Positions 22,601 to 34,600 of a DNA stretch of 64,000 nt are shown here, piece by piece. Position 1 is the first letter of the stretch, and each line of letters starts with the position of its first letter. The notes under the pieces are model-generated. The model made no database searches and had not been told where the DNA came from. It saw nothing but the letters and a program-made list of their open reading frames with translations. The position numbers and the translations under genes were made by a program. The stretch covers positions 63,488,001 to 63,552,000 of the forward strand of contig CM060734.1 in the NCBI GenBank assembly GCA_030704615.1, in the 5' to 3' direction. The DNA is from Takakia lepidozioides. Its lineage: Eukaryota; Plantae; Bryophyta.

Positions 22601-22807
22601 GGTTGTTGCAACCGAGATCTACATCGTTGATGGTTTCCACGAAATCAGGAAAATCTACGAACGATCACCAACGGAAATGACTCTCAACTTCCGCTTGTGT
22701 TTGATGCAACATCTTCCCTTGCATATGTGGCACTCTTCGTGAGAAAAGTGGGTGGAAGAAGGGGTGTCAGACATTCTCTTCCACTGCCGCTCGTAAGAAA
22801 AGGGCCC
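19607..22807. mobile_element. PIF/Harbinger DNA transposon (defective) with Myb/SANT-like ORF and DDE transposase
   Basis: Myb-like DSEACRKKWQAIYKDYKED on + (~20570-20690). Transposase motifs GAIDGSHIPI, YYNRKGFH and GWAGSMHDA on +; LVGDAAYP and RMCVERSFGLLK on -. The host unit ATCTAAG|TCCAAGT is split with a 3-bp duplication (AAG/AAG or TAA/CAA). Imperfect subterminal inverted match ACGGGCGGCA / TGCCGCTCGT. Confidence 0.85.
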
Positions 22808-23081
22808 AAGTCCAAGTAGAATCCCCTATGTATCCAAAGACCCTGCAGTTTGGGAGATCTCAACACCATTGTTCTAGGAAAACCCACTTGCTATTATGTT
22901 TTACGAATTTCCCATGACCGAAAGTACATGAAATTTCATATCTCATATACCGCAGGTACATGAGACCAAACCATTGCACCCCTCCTTATTGAGGGCTTTC
23001 CAATGGTACCAAGCATCAGGGTGTAGGGCTCGCGGTTCATGACATCTCAAGGCTACAAAACAAAACAAAACAAAACAAAAC

Positions 23082-23567
23082 AAGGAGTATGCAGATCAAC
23101 ATCGACAACTTCAACCCCAGTTCAAGGTCGGAGATCGTGTGTGGCTTCTTCGACAAGACATACAAATCTCGCGACCATCAAGGAAGTTGGATTATTAACG
23201 CCTATGATCATTCAAAATTATTCGACAAATAAATCCGGTCAGTTTTTGACTTAAACTCCCACGAAGTATGCGCATCCATCCAGTCTTTCATGTTTTATTA
23301 TTGGAGTTGTATCATCCATCGAATATTCTAGGGAGAGTTTCCGTACCACCTCCACCAATCGAAGTCAATCAGAAAATCGAGTATGAAGTCGACGAAGTCC
23401 TAGACTCTCGCATCAAGTATAAACGTCTTGAGTATTTCGTACATTAGAAAGGCTACGACATCAGTGAACAAACGTGAGAACCTTTATCCAACCTCGCTAA
23501 TGCATCTGACAAAGTCCAAGAGTTTCATCAACGATATCCAGCTAAGCCCCGAACTACATATCAATAA
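23082..23567 (+). mobile_element. Chromovirus integrase C-terminus with chromodomain (inverted 3' part of the 27.2-31.6 kb element)
   Basis: KEYADQHR..FKVGDRVWL..LKLPRSMRIHPVFHVLLLE..EYEVDEVLDSR..YFVH*KGY..*EP..NL, with stops. Confidence 0.85.
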
Positions 23568-26500
23568 GACGTCACAACGATGATGTTAGTCAAGTTAGCT
23601 TCAAGGTGAAGACTCCACATTCAGTATACCTGATACACGTTAAAGAGGGAGAAACACCACACATTAGTATATATAGCTACACTTCAAGTACTCTTGCATC
23701 TTGTATTGGCAGCATGGAGTCACATGAACCAGATACATTGGAGTTGTCGCTTGTCCAACTACCATATCAGCCGTTCCGACTCTCACGACCTTCAACATCA
23801 CGCCGACGCTTTCGAGACGATGGGCCACCAATGCGACGCGTACTTCCTCGTCTGGACCCTTGTCAACCATTAATGTTCCTCATTAACGATTGCATACTTA
23901 ATTTAGGGTTCGTGTTAGACAGAGCTAGGTTAGGTCCCTAAGGCGCAGCCTAGTCCCAAGGGTCCTTTATTGTGGATTTATAAATTTTCTATGTTATAAG
24001 TGTTTGCGTTTGTAATTTGTAACCAACAGTTAGTATTAACTCATTGACGTATTTACGAAAACAATAGTCCAGAAATAAGTAATGTAAATGTATAATTACC
24101 CTCGGTATAAAGAGTTATGGTTATTTTAAAGAAGAGATATTCTAGTGTAAATATTAGTTATTCAGTAAACAACAAAAATTAATTTCAATTAACCAAAAAA
24201 AAAATTGAATAATTTTATGTATATGTTTTAAAAATAGAGATATTGATTTATTTAATTTTTACCAGTACCCATTAATTTAGGTGAGTCAAGAATATATAAT
24301 CAATTAGATCATTGTAAGGAAAAGATCAGCCCAACAAACAATATTAATATAACCAAAATAAAAAATGAAAATGAAAACCAATTACAGGGAAGCAATGTGG
24401 CTATTGGGACTTGAAACCCCAACCTCGAATGTGCGAGTGAAATTGCTAACCGATAAGTCCCTCAAGTTATATTCAAAACCAACCTGCCTATCTATGTACT
24501 TATAGGGCTATTACAAGGATTCTAAACAGATAAGCAAAACTAAATAAGTTGCAGCCGTCAAGAGTTTGTAAAGCCCCATACTTGCTTACGCCTGGAAATA
24601 ACCCGTTTCATCCAAAACGGCGATACACATCCATAGTATAAATTTTTGGCGTATAAAGCCGTTAATCCGTTATAATGATGTCAAGGTTAGGGTTAGTTTA
24701 GGCCGGTGGCTTGATCCTGGCCCTTCATCAGATCTAGGGCTTAAAAGCGGCACTGTGGGCCTTGGCCTATGATGTCTCGCCACGCGGCAGACTACCATGG
24801 TTAGGGCTTTGGTATAAAGACGGCGTCCTGACCTTGTGTCAGGGTGGTGTATTCAGGTGTTAGTGTATATGTGATTTGGGTGTACAAACTTTGGATGAGA
24901 GCTCTTGTGTGTGTCAGATCCGCTCGCTTGATCCTCCTCTCGCGCATTGCCTGCTTTTTCGTTTGTCCCCCTTGTTGTGCACACACGTTTCTTGAGAGGA
25001 AGGGAGTATATGCTTCAGGCTCGTTTTGTGGTGGAGAGAAGCCAGGTAGCGTTTAGGTGTTTTAGCATCCACTGCCCGCCCTGACACCATTTGCTGGGTT
25101 GTTGAGGGATCTGCGCGATAATCTTTGCTTTTGCTCTCTAATCAGTCTTGTCTGATGGCGGCCAGCCACCTTGCGATGTTTTCTCCTGCTGTTTTGTATT
25201 TGCCTTCTCACCTTGCTCGTTGTGCTGTGCTGTAGGACGATGGCTTCGGTGCGTAGTTCTAGCTGTGTAGCACGCAGAGAGGGAGAAAGTATGTCGGTGC
25301 AAGTTGATTTGGTTCTTGAAATAGTGACTGACCCTGTTTTAGCAACTGATCTTGCTGTCACTAACCCCTCTCAACGTGCGCTGCTTGGCATTGTTGCCTC
25401 GCCAGTGTCACCCCTGCCTGAACCCAATACTGTTGGTCTTGGTCTTGTCGTGCAGTGAATTCAAATAACCCTAGACATGATGTTGATGTGAATGAGGATG
25501 TGAGGTCACCCAGCTGTTTAGATAGCTGCGATCCTGAGTACTATAATTTTGACAATTTCTATGATCCAGGTCCTGATTACGAATGTCCGAGAGAACAAGA
25601 GAGAGAGTTTGAGAGAGATATTGAACGCTCTCAGGAGTATGATGAATCTCTAGGGGAATTGCTTCCGGTGGATGTGCAGTGGTTTGAAAAGTTTGAAGCA
25701 TCTGTGCGCGAGGACGCTCGACGTCTAAACAGTCATCACGAAGCGATTTTTGTGCGCCCTGGGTCTAGTTCTGGCTCTGGGAGAGAGAGTGCGTTGTGCC
25801 AGACCTGAGCGGTCGTGGCTGTCAGAAACTCCCTGTGCTTGAGACCGGAGGTGTTCAAGGCTCGTCTTTTTCATCATCGGCAGGTGGCCTGGGAAGCGCT
25901 CGGGCTCCACCTACCATTGTTAGTCCGCCGAGAGTCAGGCCTGTGGCAGACGACCGAACGGAAAGCACGCTCGTGGCTCTCATTGCTGCTTGAAGGCTGT
26001 GGAGCCTTGTTGTTGCGGGCTCTTTGATTTCACGCCCGGGTTTGTCGTCACAAGCCCACGACGGTGGACTTGGTGGATGGTCTCGCGGGAGGTAGTTTGC
26101 ATGTCCAGTCTTCCGACATCGTGATTTTGCCAGGTATCTGCTTTGAAGAACAGCGTGTCCTTTGCCCTCACGTTGCAGATCACCTAGATAGTTTTCCCAA
26201 CTCCTCAGTGTTGTCCCGGACGTGGGAGGACAACGGCACGACGCTGGTGGGCTTATGGATTAAGGACGAGAGGGTGTGGGAGTGCCTGGCATTGGCAGTG
26301 TATAGTTCTGATTCTCACGACCTGCTCAAGCTTCTTTCTTGCTCTGTTTGGACTCTCGAAGCTTCATGGGTGCCGAGCCCAAGGCCGCAACTGCTCATCC
26401 CGGTGGCTTAGAGGTTCTTTCTTTTCCACAATTGTCTTTGTTTTTGCATGCCAAACGCATCTGCAAATTCTTGGTTGCGATCTGGTAGACAGAGGTTCAT

Positions 26501-27174
26501 GTCTGGGTCGCGAGAGCCACTCGGGCCGCTTGGCATAGAGAGCTAGAGCTCTTGGACAAGTCCAGACACCAAAAAAATTCCGGGAGCATTCATGAAATCA
26601 AAGTAAACAGGTGCAGCTCCATGTTTGTAGCTTACTCCACCTTCTAGGTGACAAAAAAAAAAGACGGACCTTATCCCACGTGAAAAATGCAAAACTACAA
26701 TCGTAATTTAAACAATGTTCAATGGACTTCAGAGCACGCTTGACACAACAAACAAGCATGCGGGGTGACAAAATCAATATCCATTAGTAAAAAAATTATT
26801 GACAAAATTATGTTTCCATAGGAAAACGAACTGTTTTGAAGCCCGAGGGTGATAATTTCGGATTCTTAATCATATATATTGATATTACCTAAATGAGGTG
26901 TTACCTGGAGAAGGCACATCATGGAAAGGAGAGGAGGTGACATGTTGGGAAGGCACAACATAAGCTTAGTTATTTTTTACAGAAGTCTCCTCTTTAGAAT
27001 AAAGAAGAGCCAATAAAATCTAAGTCAGTTGCATTGTCATACATGGCACACATGACATCTTGTAGCACAGTCACACATAAGAAATAAGCTGCATTATCAT
27101 ACATACATAGAGACATGTGAGATATGATGTGTGACGTCCATGCAAGACTTCAATATATAAAGCAAGGTAGTTTG

Positions 27175-30100
27175 AGCTTATGTTAGGTGGAATGTAAGCT
27201 CTTTGTGATCGTAGCAAGATGAGTAGCAAGGTTTTCTACAGCAGGGCTTCCGACAGTCTTCACATGAAAAGGGTTTGCTTGAGGATGATGATTATAATTG
27301 GAGAAAAATGGAATTTGCTTGGTCGAAGAATGTATAGAGTTGTTGTAGGCAAACTCAGCCAAGGGCAGAAGGTCCGTCCAATTATCTTGGTGATAATTTA
27401 TTGTACAGCAAAGATACTGCTCCAAAATCTGGTTTACGCTTTCGGTTTGACCATCAGTCTGTGGATGATTACCTGTAGAGATATTGATCTTAATATCCAA
27501 TATGTGGAATAATAAATTTGATATGAACTGTGGTCCTCGATTAGATACGATGTCTTTCGGGAGTCCATAAATGCGATATATATTATTGAGGAAGAGTCTC
27601 GCAGTTTCCTTGCCTGTAACCATCTTATTACATGGAATGAAATGTGTCATCTTCGTAAAACTATCCACAATAACAAAGATTGAGTCGGTGGTCTTGGAAA
27701 TTGGAAGGTCCATAATAAAGTCCATAGACAAGGACGACCATGGACCCTTGGGAATGGATAATAGTTGAAGAAGGCCGTAAGGTCGATGTCGTAGTCCCTT
27801 CGCCCTAGCACACGTATCACAAGATTTTATAAATTCTATCACGAGTTTTCACATCTGCGGCCACCAATAGTCCGTGGATATCAATTCCATTATTTTGTTT
27901 AAGCCGAAATGTCATGTAGCTGGAAGATCATGATATATTTGAAGAATTCGAAGTCGTGTAGGTCCTGGAGGTACATAAAAAAGTCATTTGAAATAAAGTA
28001 AGCCGTATTCGAAGTCGTTTGTAACATATGGGTTGTCTCGAGGTCGATTTAGTTGACTTCGTAGTGTCGTAGCAAATTGGTCACTCTTCAGTGCTTCCTA
28101 AATCTCCTTTATAATCTCTGCATCGTCATAGGTAGACAAGGATAACATATTCAATTGGAGATTTGCTGGTTTCAAGATGATGGATTTTTGTTGGTCAAAA
28201 GCTATCTCCCCTTTTCTCGCCGCAAGATACGATCGTCGAGAAAGAGCATCAGGTTTCCCTTGAAGATGTCCGGGGCGATAGGTAATAACAAAATCAAACA
28301 TTGCTAGTGACATACCTCATCTTGCTTGACGTCGATTCAAAACATGAACACTCATCAAATATTCGAGGTTTTTGTGGTCGGTGTAGACAGTGACTGATGT
28401 TTAGCTCCCTCCAATAGATGACGCCACTCCTCAAAAACATCGATGATCGCTAGAAGTTCTTTGTCGTGGATTTTATAATTGATCTCTACAGCGGAAAATT
28501 TGCGAGAACGAAAACCAATAGGGTGAAGTCGGCTATCCGTACCGTATTGAGAGAGTATAGCACATTTGGACATTCAAGAAATACTTCTGGGCATGACTCC
28601 GAATCTGCGACCGAAGGAACTTTGCATAAATGTCCGTTCAATGCCCACAGATGATAGGAAGCCGCCAACACATACACGAACTGAGCCCTAATGCTGCTCC
28701 CAAATATAGACACCTACAAAGGTATTGCTTCTCCACTATCGGCATTTTAATGTCCAGTCATGAGAACTTCGCTTATTATAAATCAATACTACATATTAAC
28801 CATCATAATTACACTTACTACCCAGTTTTGACCTCCTCTTGCAGTTATCACATCTAATAAGGCCTAGAGAAGATTCCTCACTCTTTAAAGCAGACATATT
28901 GTGAAGAGGATCCCAATGACCAAGGAGTATGCACCTGTATGACAGTCTTGGAACCCACAAAAGCCTCGCAAAGTCTAATGCATCTGCTTCCAAAAAGAAT
29001 GGTTTAGATGGGTCTGCATGTACCATTATTGGAGCCGTTGTAAATGCCTGCTTCAGCCTTTCAAATGCCTGGCCAGTCTTCTCGTCCCATACAAATTTGT
29101 CCTTCTTTGTGAGTCGTGTCAATGGTGCAGTAATTTTGGAATAGTCTTTGATGAAGATTCTATAGAAGTTTGCAAATCCCAGAAAACATTGTACATCTCG
29201 AACCGAAGTTGGTTTAATCCACTCGATGATGGTTTATATTTTTTTTTGATCCATAAAAACGCATGTGTCGGAAATAATGTAGCCCAGAAATTCGACCTCA
29301 GAGTGATGGAAAAGACATTTTTCCAACTTGGCATATAGTCTCAATAAGGTTTAAGGTTTAGGGTCATAGTCATAAGGTCGATATTTTGGCAATATGTCTG
29401 CATTTTTCTTCTCGAAGACATCCTTGAAATCTTGATATTGAGTGGATAATGTTGAAGTATCTTTGTCTGTTGTGGTCTTGATTGAAATCACATAAAGTGC
29501 AAATGCCGCATCCTTTTTGGTAGCTCTCATGAAAACTCTAGCTCCAAGGAACAGGGTTGAATACCTTTGATATTTCTACATTTTTGTCTTGTAGAAATTT
29601 TTCGCAATCGCCAGTCGATCTCAAGATTGTGAAGTACGAACCAAGAAAGTCCGAGGCTCATAGGATTCGTTGGAGACTGGATGACGTTGAAAACAATATG
29701 TGATGCTTGATCTTTAAACTTCACTTCAAGTGGTCGAGTTTCATGGTCGACATCTCCTGATGCTAACGGTCGTCCATCGATGATTTCAACGGGGGGCGAA
29801 AGTTTATTCTTTACGAGCATTAAATTGTGTTGCTTCGCAAAGTTTTTGTCAATAAACATGCTGAAGCCCCTGAGTCCAAAAGTGCTTCTACAGAGATATC
29901 TCGATTTAGCACTCTGATTTATATCGAAACTGTGAAGCAAGGTACAGGGTCTGGAGGTAGAAATAATCATTTTTTTGGTGAGAAATTTGTGGTGTCTAGT
30001 CGCATGGTCCTTATTGTGATTGGACATCTTCGTTTTCCGACCTCCTCATATCGAATACTTGAGTTGTGCCCCGAGCTTTAAATCTTCTCTTGTTAGGGCA

Positions 30101-31074
30101 GTTAAATGCTATGTGATCTTCTTCTCCACAATAGAGGCATAATCCATTCGAGCTCCATATTTGTTTTTTTTGTGGCGTCAATGGCTTGAATCAGACAACA
30201 TCAATCTGCATAGGATTACTACAAGATGTCTGATGGATTGTTGTGTTTGGTGCCGTAGTAGCAGCGGCATGATGCGTCATCGACCATCCAGATCGCTTCT
30301 CTTGACGTCTTTCGAACAAACAATTATTGCATGCAATGACTTGGCTGATGAATTCACTCAGTGTGCTCACGTTTGACATTGTCAGCAACAAATCTTTTAC
30401 ATCATCTTTTAGTCCACATCGAAACTGACTAATGATGCTCTTCTAATTCTAGTCGAGGTCGCACGCAAGTTGTCGAAATTCGGCAACATAAAAGGAAGCA
30501 GGACGTGCTCTTTGTCGAAGATTTCGTATCTTTGTCTCTGCAACTCTCTCTCTATCATTCTTTCCAAACGTTGCAGTGAATTTGGACATGAACGCTTCAA
30601 AATTGTACAATAAATGTGAATTATTTTCTAATAGCGGTGCAAACCCAGATAGGGCAGTGCCTGATAAAATGGTGCCCACGAATCTCACTTGAATACCTTC
30701 ATCGGGGTAGCATTGTGGATATAGTCGTAGGAACAGTCGTACTTGTTGAACAAAACCGCCAAATCTTGATCTCGTCCCGTCAAATTTTTCGGGCATGCTG
30801 ATCTTTGGTTATCTCGTAATCTGTTGAAGATGAACCGTTGCAGTATGGACTCGTATGGTTGAAGATCAATTGTTCGACTCCTTTAACTCTGAAATTTTTT
30901 GTTGCAAATGGTGGAAAGCGTTGCCAAGATCTTGAGATTGATCAGCATGCAATTGGGCGGTAGAGGTATAAAGTTCTTGCATCTGGAGTTGAAGACTCTG
31001 CAATGTGGCGACCATTTCCCCAAATGTGCCTTCCATCTTAACTAACTAAAGAAAAAACTTTAGTCTCGCCAAAC
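27175..31074 (-). mobile_element. Ty3/gypsy chromovirus internal region (gag, protease, partial RT, RNase H, integrase), degenerate
   Basis: Gag PEKFDGTRSRF and PMQID; protease region; RNase [21 protein letters not shown]; integrase CDTCAR, SMDFIMDLP, HPQTDGQTE, LPLAEFAYNNS. Confidence 0.9.
28566..28967 (-). pseudogene. Captured fragment of a CCA1/LHY/REVEILLE-type (SHAQKYF) MYB gene: exon end, complete 330-nt intron, exon start
   Basis: EAFVGSKTVIQ|GTGCAT (28967-28935), intron 28934-28605, TCGCAG|[13 protein letters not shown] (28604-28566). Confidence 0.85.
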
Positions 31075-31623
31075 TGTCAAGGACGAGAACATGATTGAAC
31101 ACAAACAAGATATCAGACTAGAGGTACAAGACTAGACAAGAAGTCAAGGTCGGCGTGGCCGAATGCATAATGGATAAACATGAATCAAGATTATCTTTAT
31201 AACAATGGACAAGAACTGGAACTCGACTCGAATACTGGAATGCTGGAAACTGGACTGGGGTACCCGATATTGGAAACTGGACTAGAGTACTGGAAGCTGG
31301 ACTGGAGTATTGGTTGGGAACAAGAGTAGCTTGAACTTGTGTTGGCGAGACTGAAGAGTATCCAGTCTCGCCTCCTATATATACTGACTACTAGGAAATT
31401 TCCTAAGAAGTTTTCCCAATGGAGGTTTCTTGAAGGAGAAGTTTCCTCCAAATGAAGCTTCCTGAGCAGTTTCCCAAGTTACTCTCGGTAATTTGATAAC
31501 TTATGGTAACTAATGGTAAATTATGATAGATCATGGTAAATCACGGTAACTTTCGTTAACATGGTAACTTGATAACTTCTGGTATTTACTCCTGGTAAGT
31601 TTCTCTGGGCTATGTCCATGACA
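31075..31623 (-). mobile_element. 5' LTR (~549 bp) of the chromovirus
   Basis: Termini TGTCAAGGAC...GTCCATGACA (inverted, TG..CA), lying ~40 bp upstream of the gag ATG on the minus strand. No partner LTR is visible. Confidence 0.75.
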
Positions 31624-34600
31624 CCCAAAGCCCACTTTGCTATTTTTGCAATCTCCCATGTCGAGGCTTCATATATTGATATATCCACTTTGCTATTTTT
31701 CGCGAATTTACAGCGACCAAAAGTAATTGAAATTCCAATTCTCCCACCTGAAGGGCCAATCATTGCCCCCACTTTGCTATTTTTCCTGAATTCCAGCGAC
31801 CCAAAGTACTTGAAATTCCATATCTCCCACACTACGGATCCAAAAATCATGAGACCAAGCCGGTGCCCCCTCCTCATCGAGGATTTCCATCGGCACCAAG
31901 CACCGGGGCTGGGGCCACGGTTTGGGAGATCTCAACGACGCTACAAACAAAACAAAACAAAACAAAACAAACAAACTGACTTCCTTCATATATTGACTAG
32001 GGTAGCATGTGCAGTTGGCCCAAGTGTCCAGTGTCATCTAAGTCCAAGTGTAATCCCCTATGTCTCAAAGTGTGTCTCCTATGTCGAGGCCCAAATGCAA
32101 CCCTCTAGGGTAGCCTTTGCCATTGGCCCAGGCCCAGCGTCCAATGTCATCTAAGTAAGTTTTTTTTCACAAATCAGCTTTCGACCAGATTTTACCCGGA
32201 GATCTTTCCCTTGATATCTCTCCCATTGAGGTTTCAACCATTGTCCCAGGAATGCCCACTTTGCCATTTTTGCTATTTTTTGTGCATTTACAGCGACCAA
32301 AAGTACTTGGAATTCCACATCTCCCACACCGCAGGTCCAAAAATCATGAGACCAAGCCGGTGCACCCGTCCTCGTCGAGGGCTTTCCAACGGCACCAAGC
32401 ACCGGGGCTAGGGCCCCCCGGTTTGGGAGATCTCAACGACGCTACAAAACAAAACAAAACAAAACAAAACAAACATCTCGCTTCATATATTGACTAGGGT
32501 AGCCTGTGCCGTTGGCCCAAGTGTCCGGTGTCATCTAAGTCCAAGTGCAATCCCCTATGTCTCAAAGTGCATCTCCTATGTCGAGGCCCAAATGCAACCT
32601 CTAGGGTAGCTTTTGCAGTTGGCCCAAGTATCCAATGTCATCTAAGTAAGTTTTTTTTCCATAGAGCCTACGACCAGATTTGAACCGGAGACCTTTCCCT
32701 TGATATCTCTCCCATCGAGGCTCCAACCATTATCCCAGGAATGCCCACTTTGCCATTTTTACTATTTTTTGTGAATTTACAGCGACCAAAAGTAATTCGA
32801 ATTCCACATCTCCCACACCGCAGGTCCAGAAATCATGAGACCAATCCGGTGCACCCCTCTTTGTCGATGGCTTTCCAACGGCAGCAAGCACCGGGGGCTG
32901 GGGCCCCGCAGTTTGAGAGATCTCAATGACGCTACAAAACAAAACAAAACAAAACAAACGTCTCGCTTCATATATTGAATAGGGTAGCCTTTGCCGTTGG
33001 CCCAAGTGTCCAGTGTCATCTAAGCCCAAGTGTACGATCTTCTACGTATCCCAGTGCGTCCTATATTGAGGCCCAAGTGTGACCTCTAGGGTAGCCTGTA
33101 CCTTTGGCCCTTGTGCGAAGAATTGCGATCTTATAAGACCAAGTCCAATTTCCTATGTATCCCAGTGCTTCTCCTATGGTGAGGCCCAAGTGCGGCCTCT
33201 ATTTGGCCCATCTATGAAGAATTGAAATCTAAGACCAAGTGCAATTTCCTATGTATCCCAGTGCCTCTCCTATGTCGAGGCCCAAGTGCGACCTCTAGGG
33301 TAGCATGTGCCTTCGGCCTATGTGTGAAGAATTGAAATCTAAGACCAAGTGCAATTTCCTATGTATCCGAGTGCGTCTCCTATGTCGAGGCCCAAATGTG
33401 CCCTCTAGGTTAGCATGTGCCGTTGGCCCAAGTGTCCAGTGTCATCTAAGCCCAAGTATAAGATCTTTTATGTATCCCAGTGCGTCTTCTATGGTGAGGC
33501 CCAAGTGCGGCCTCTATTTGGCCCATATATGAAGAATTGAAATCTAAGACCAAGTGCAATTTCCTATGTATCCCAGTGCCTCTCCTATGTCGAGGCCCAA
33601 GTGCGACCTCTAGGGTAGGCTGTGCCTTCGGCCTATGTGTGAAGAATTGAAATCTAAGACCAAATGCAATTTCCTATGTATCTGAGTGCGTCTCCTATGT
33701 CAAGGCCCAAATGTGCCCTCTAGGTTAGCCTGTGCCGTTGGCCTAAGTGTCCAATGTCATCTCAGCCCAAGTGTAAGATCTTTTATGTATCCTAGTGCGT
33801 CTCCTATGTCGAGGCCCAAGTGCAATCTCTAGGGTAGCCTGTGCCGTTGGCCCAAGTGTCCAATGTCATCTAAGTCCAAGTGCATCAATATATGAAGCAA
33901 ACCATATCTAATCATTTTTTTTTTCCCACAGAGCCTACGACCAGATTTGAACCGGAGACCTTTCCCTTTATATCTCTCGTGTCGAGGCTCAAATCGTTGC
34001 CCAGTGACAAAAAGTACTTAGCCATATCTCATCATTTTTTCTCCACAGAGCCTACGACCAGATTTGAACCGGAGACTTTTCCCTTGATATCTCTCATGTC
34101 GAGGCTCCACCATTGTCCCAGGAATGCCCACTTTGCTATTTTTCCTGAATTTCCAGCACCCAAAGTACTTGGGATTCCAAATCTCCCACACCGCAAGTCC
34201 AAGAATTCTGAGACCAAGCCCCTGTACCCTATCTCATCGAGGGCTTTCCAACGGTACCAAGCACCAGGGCTGAGGCCTCGCGGTTTGGGACATCTCAACG
34301 TGACAAAACAAAACAAACGTCTCGATTCATATATTGACTAGGGTAGCCTGTGCCGTGGGCCCAAGTGTCCACTGTCATCTAAGTCCAAGTGCATCAATAT
34401 ATGAAGCAAGCCATATCCAATCATTTTTTTCCACACAACCTACGACCAGATTTGAACCGGAGACCTTCCCTTGATATGTCCAAGTGTTATCTCCTATATA
34501 TCCAAGTGTGTCTCCTATGTGGAGGCTCAAATGCGACCTCTAGGGTAGCTTGTGCCGTTGGCCCAAATGCCCAATGTCGTCTAAACCCAAGTGCAAGATC

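Noticed and set aside
24398-24460. tRNA-like sequence on the minus strand
   Set aside because: Only a degenerate B-box and no cloverleaf; at most a SINE relic.
23081-28933. 13-bp identity CAAGGAGTATGCA at 23081 and 28921
   Set aside because: One copy is integrase coding sequence and the other is the captured intron; most likely coincidence.
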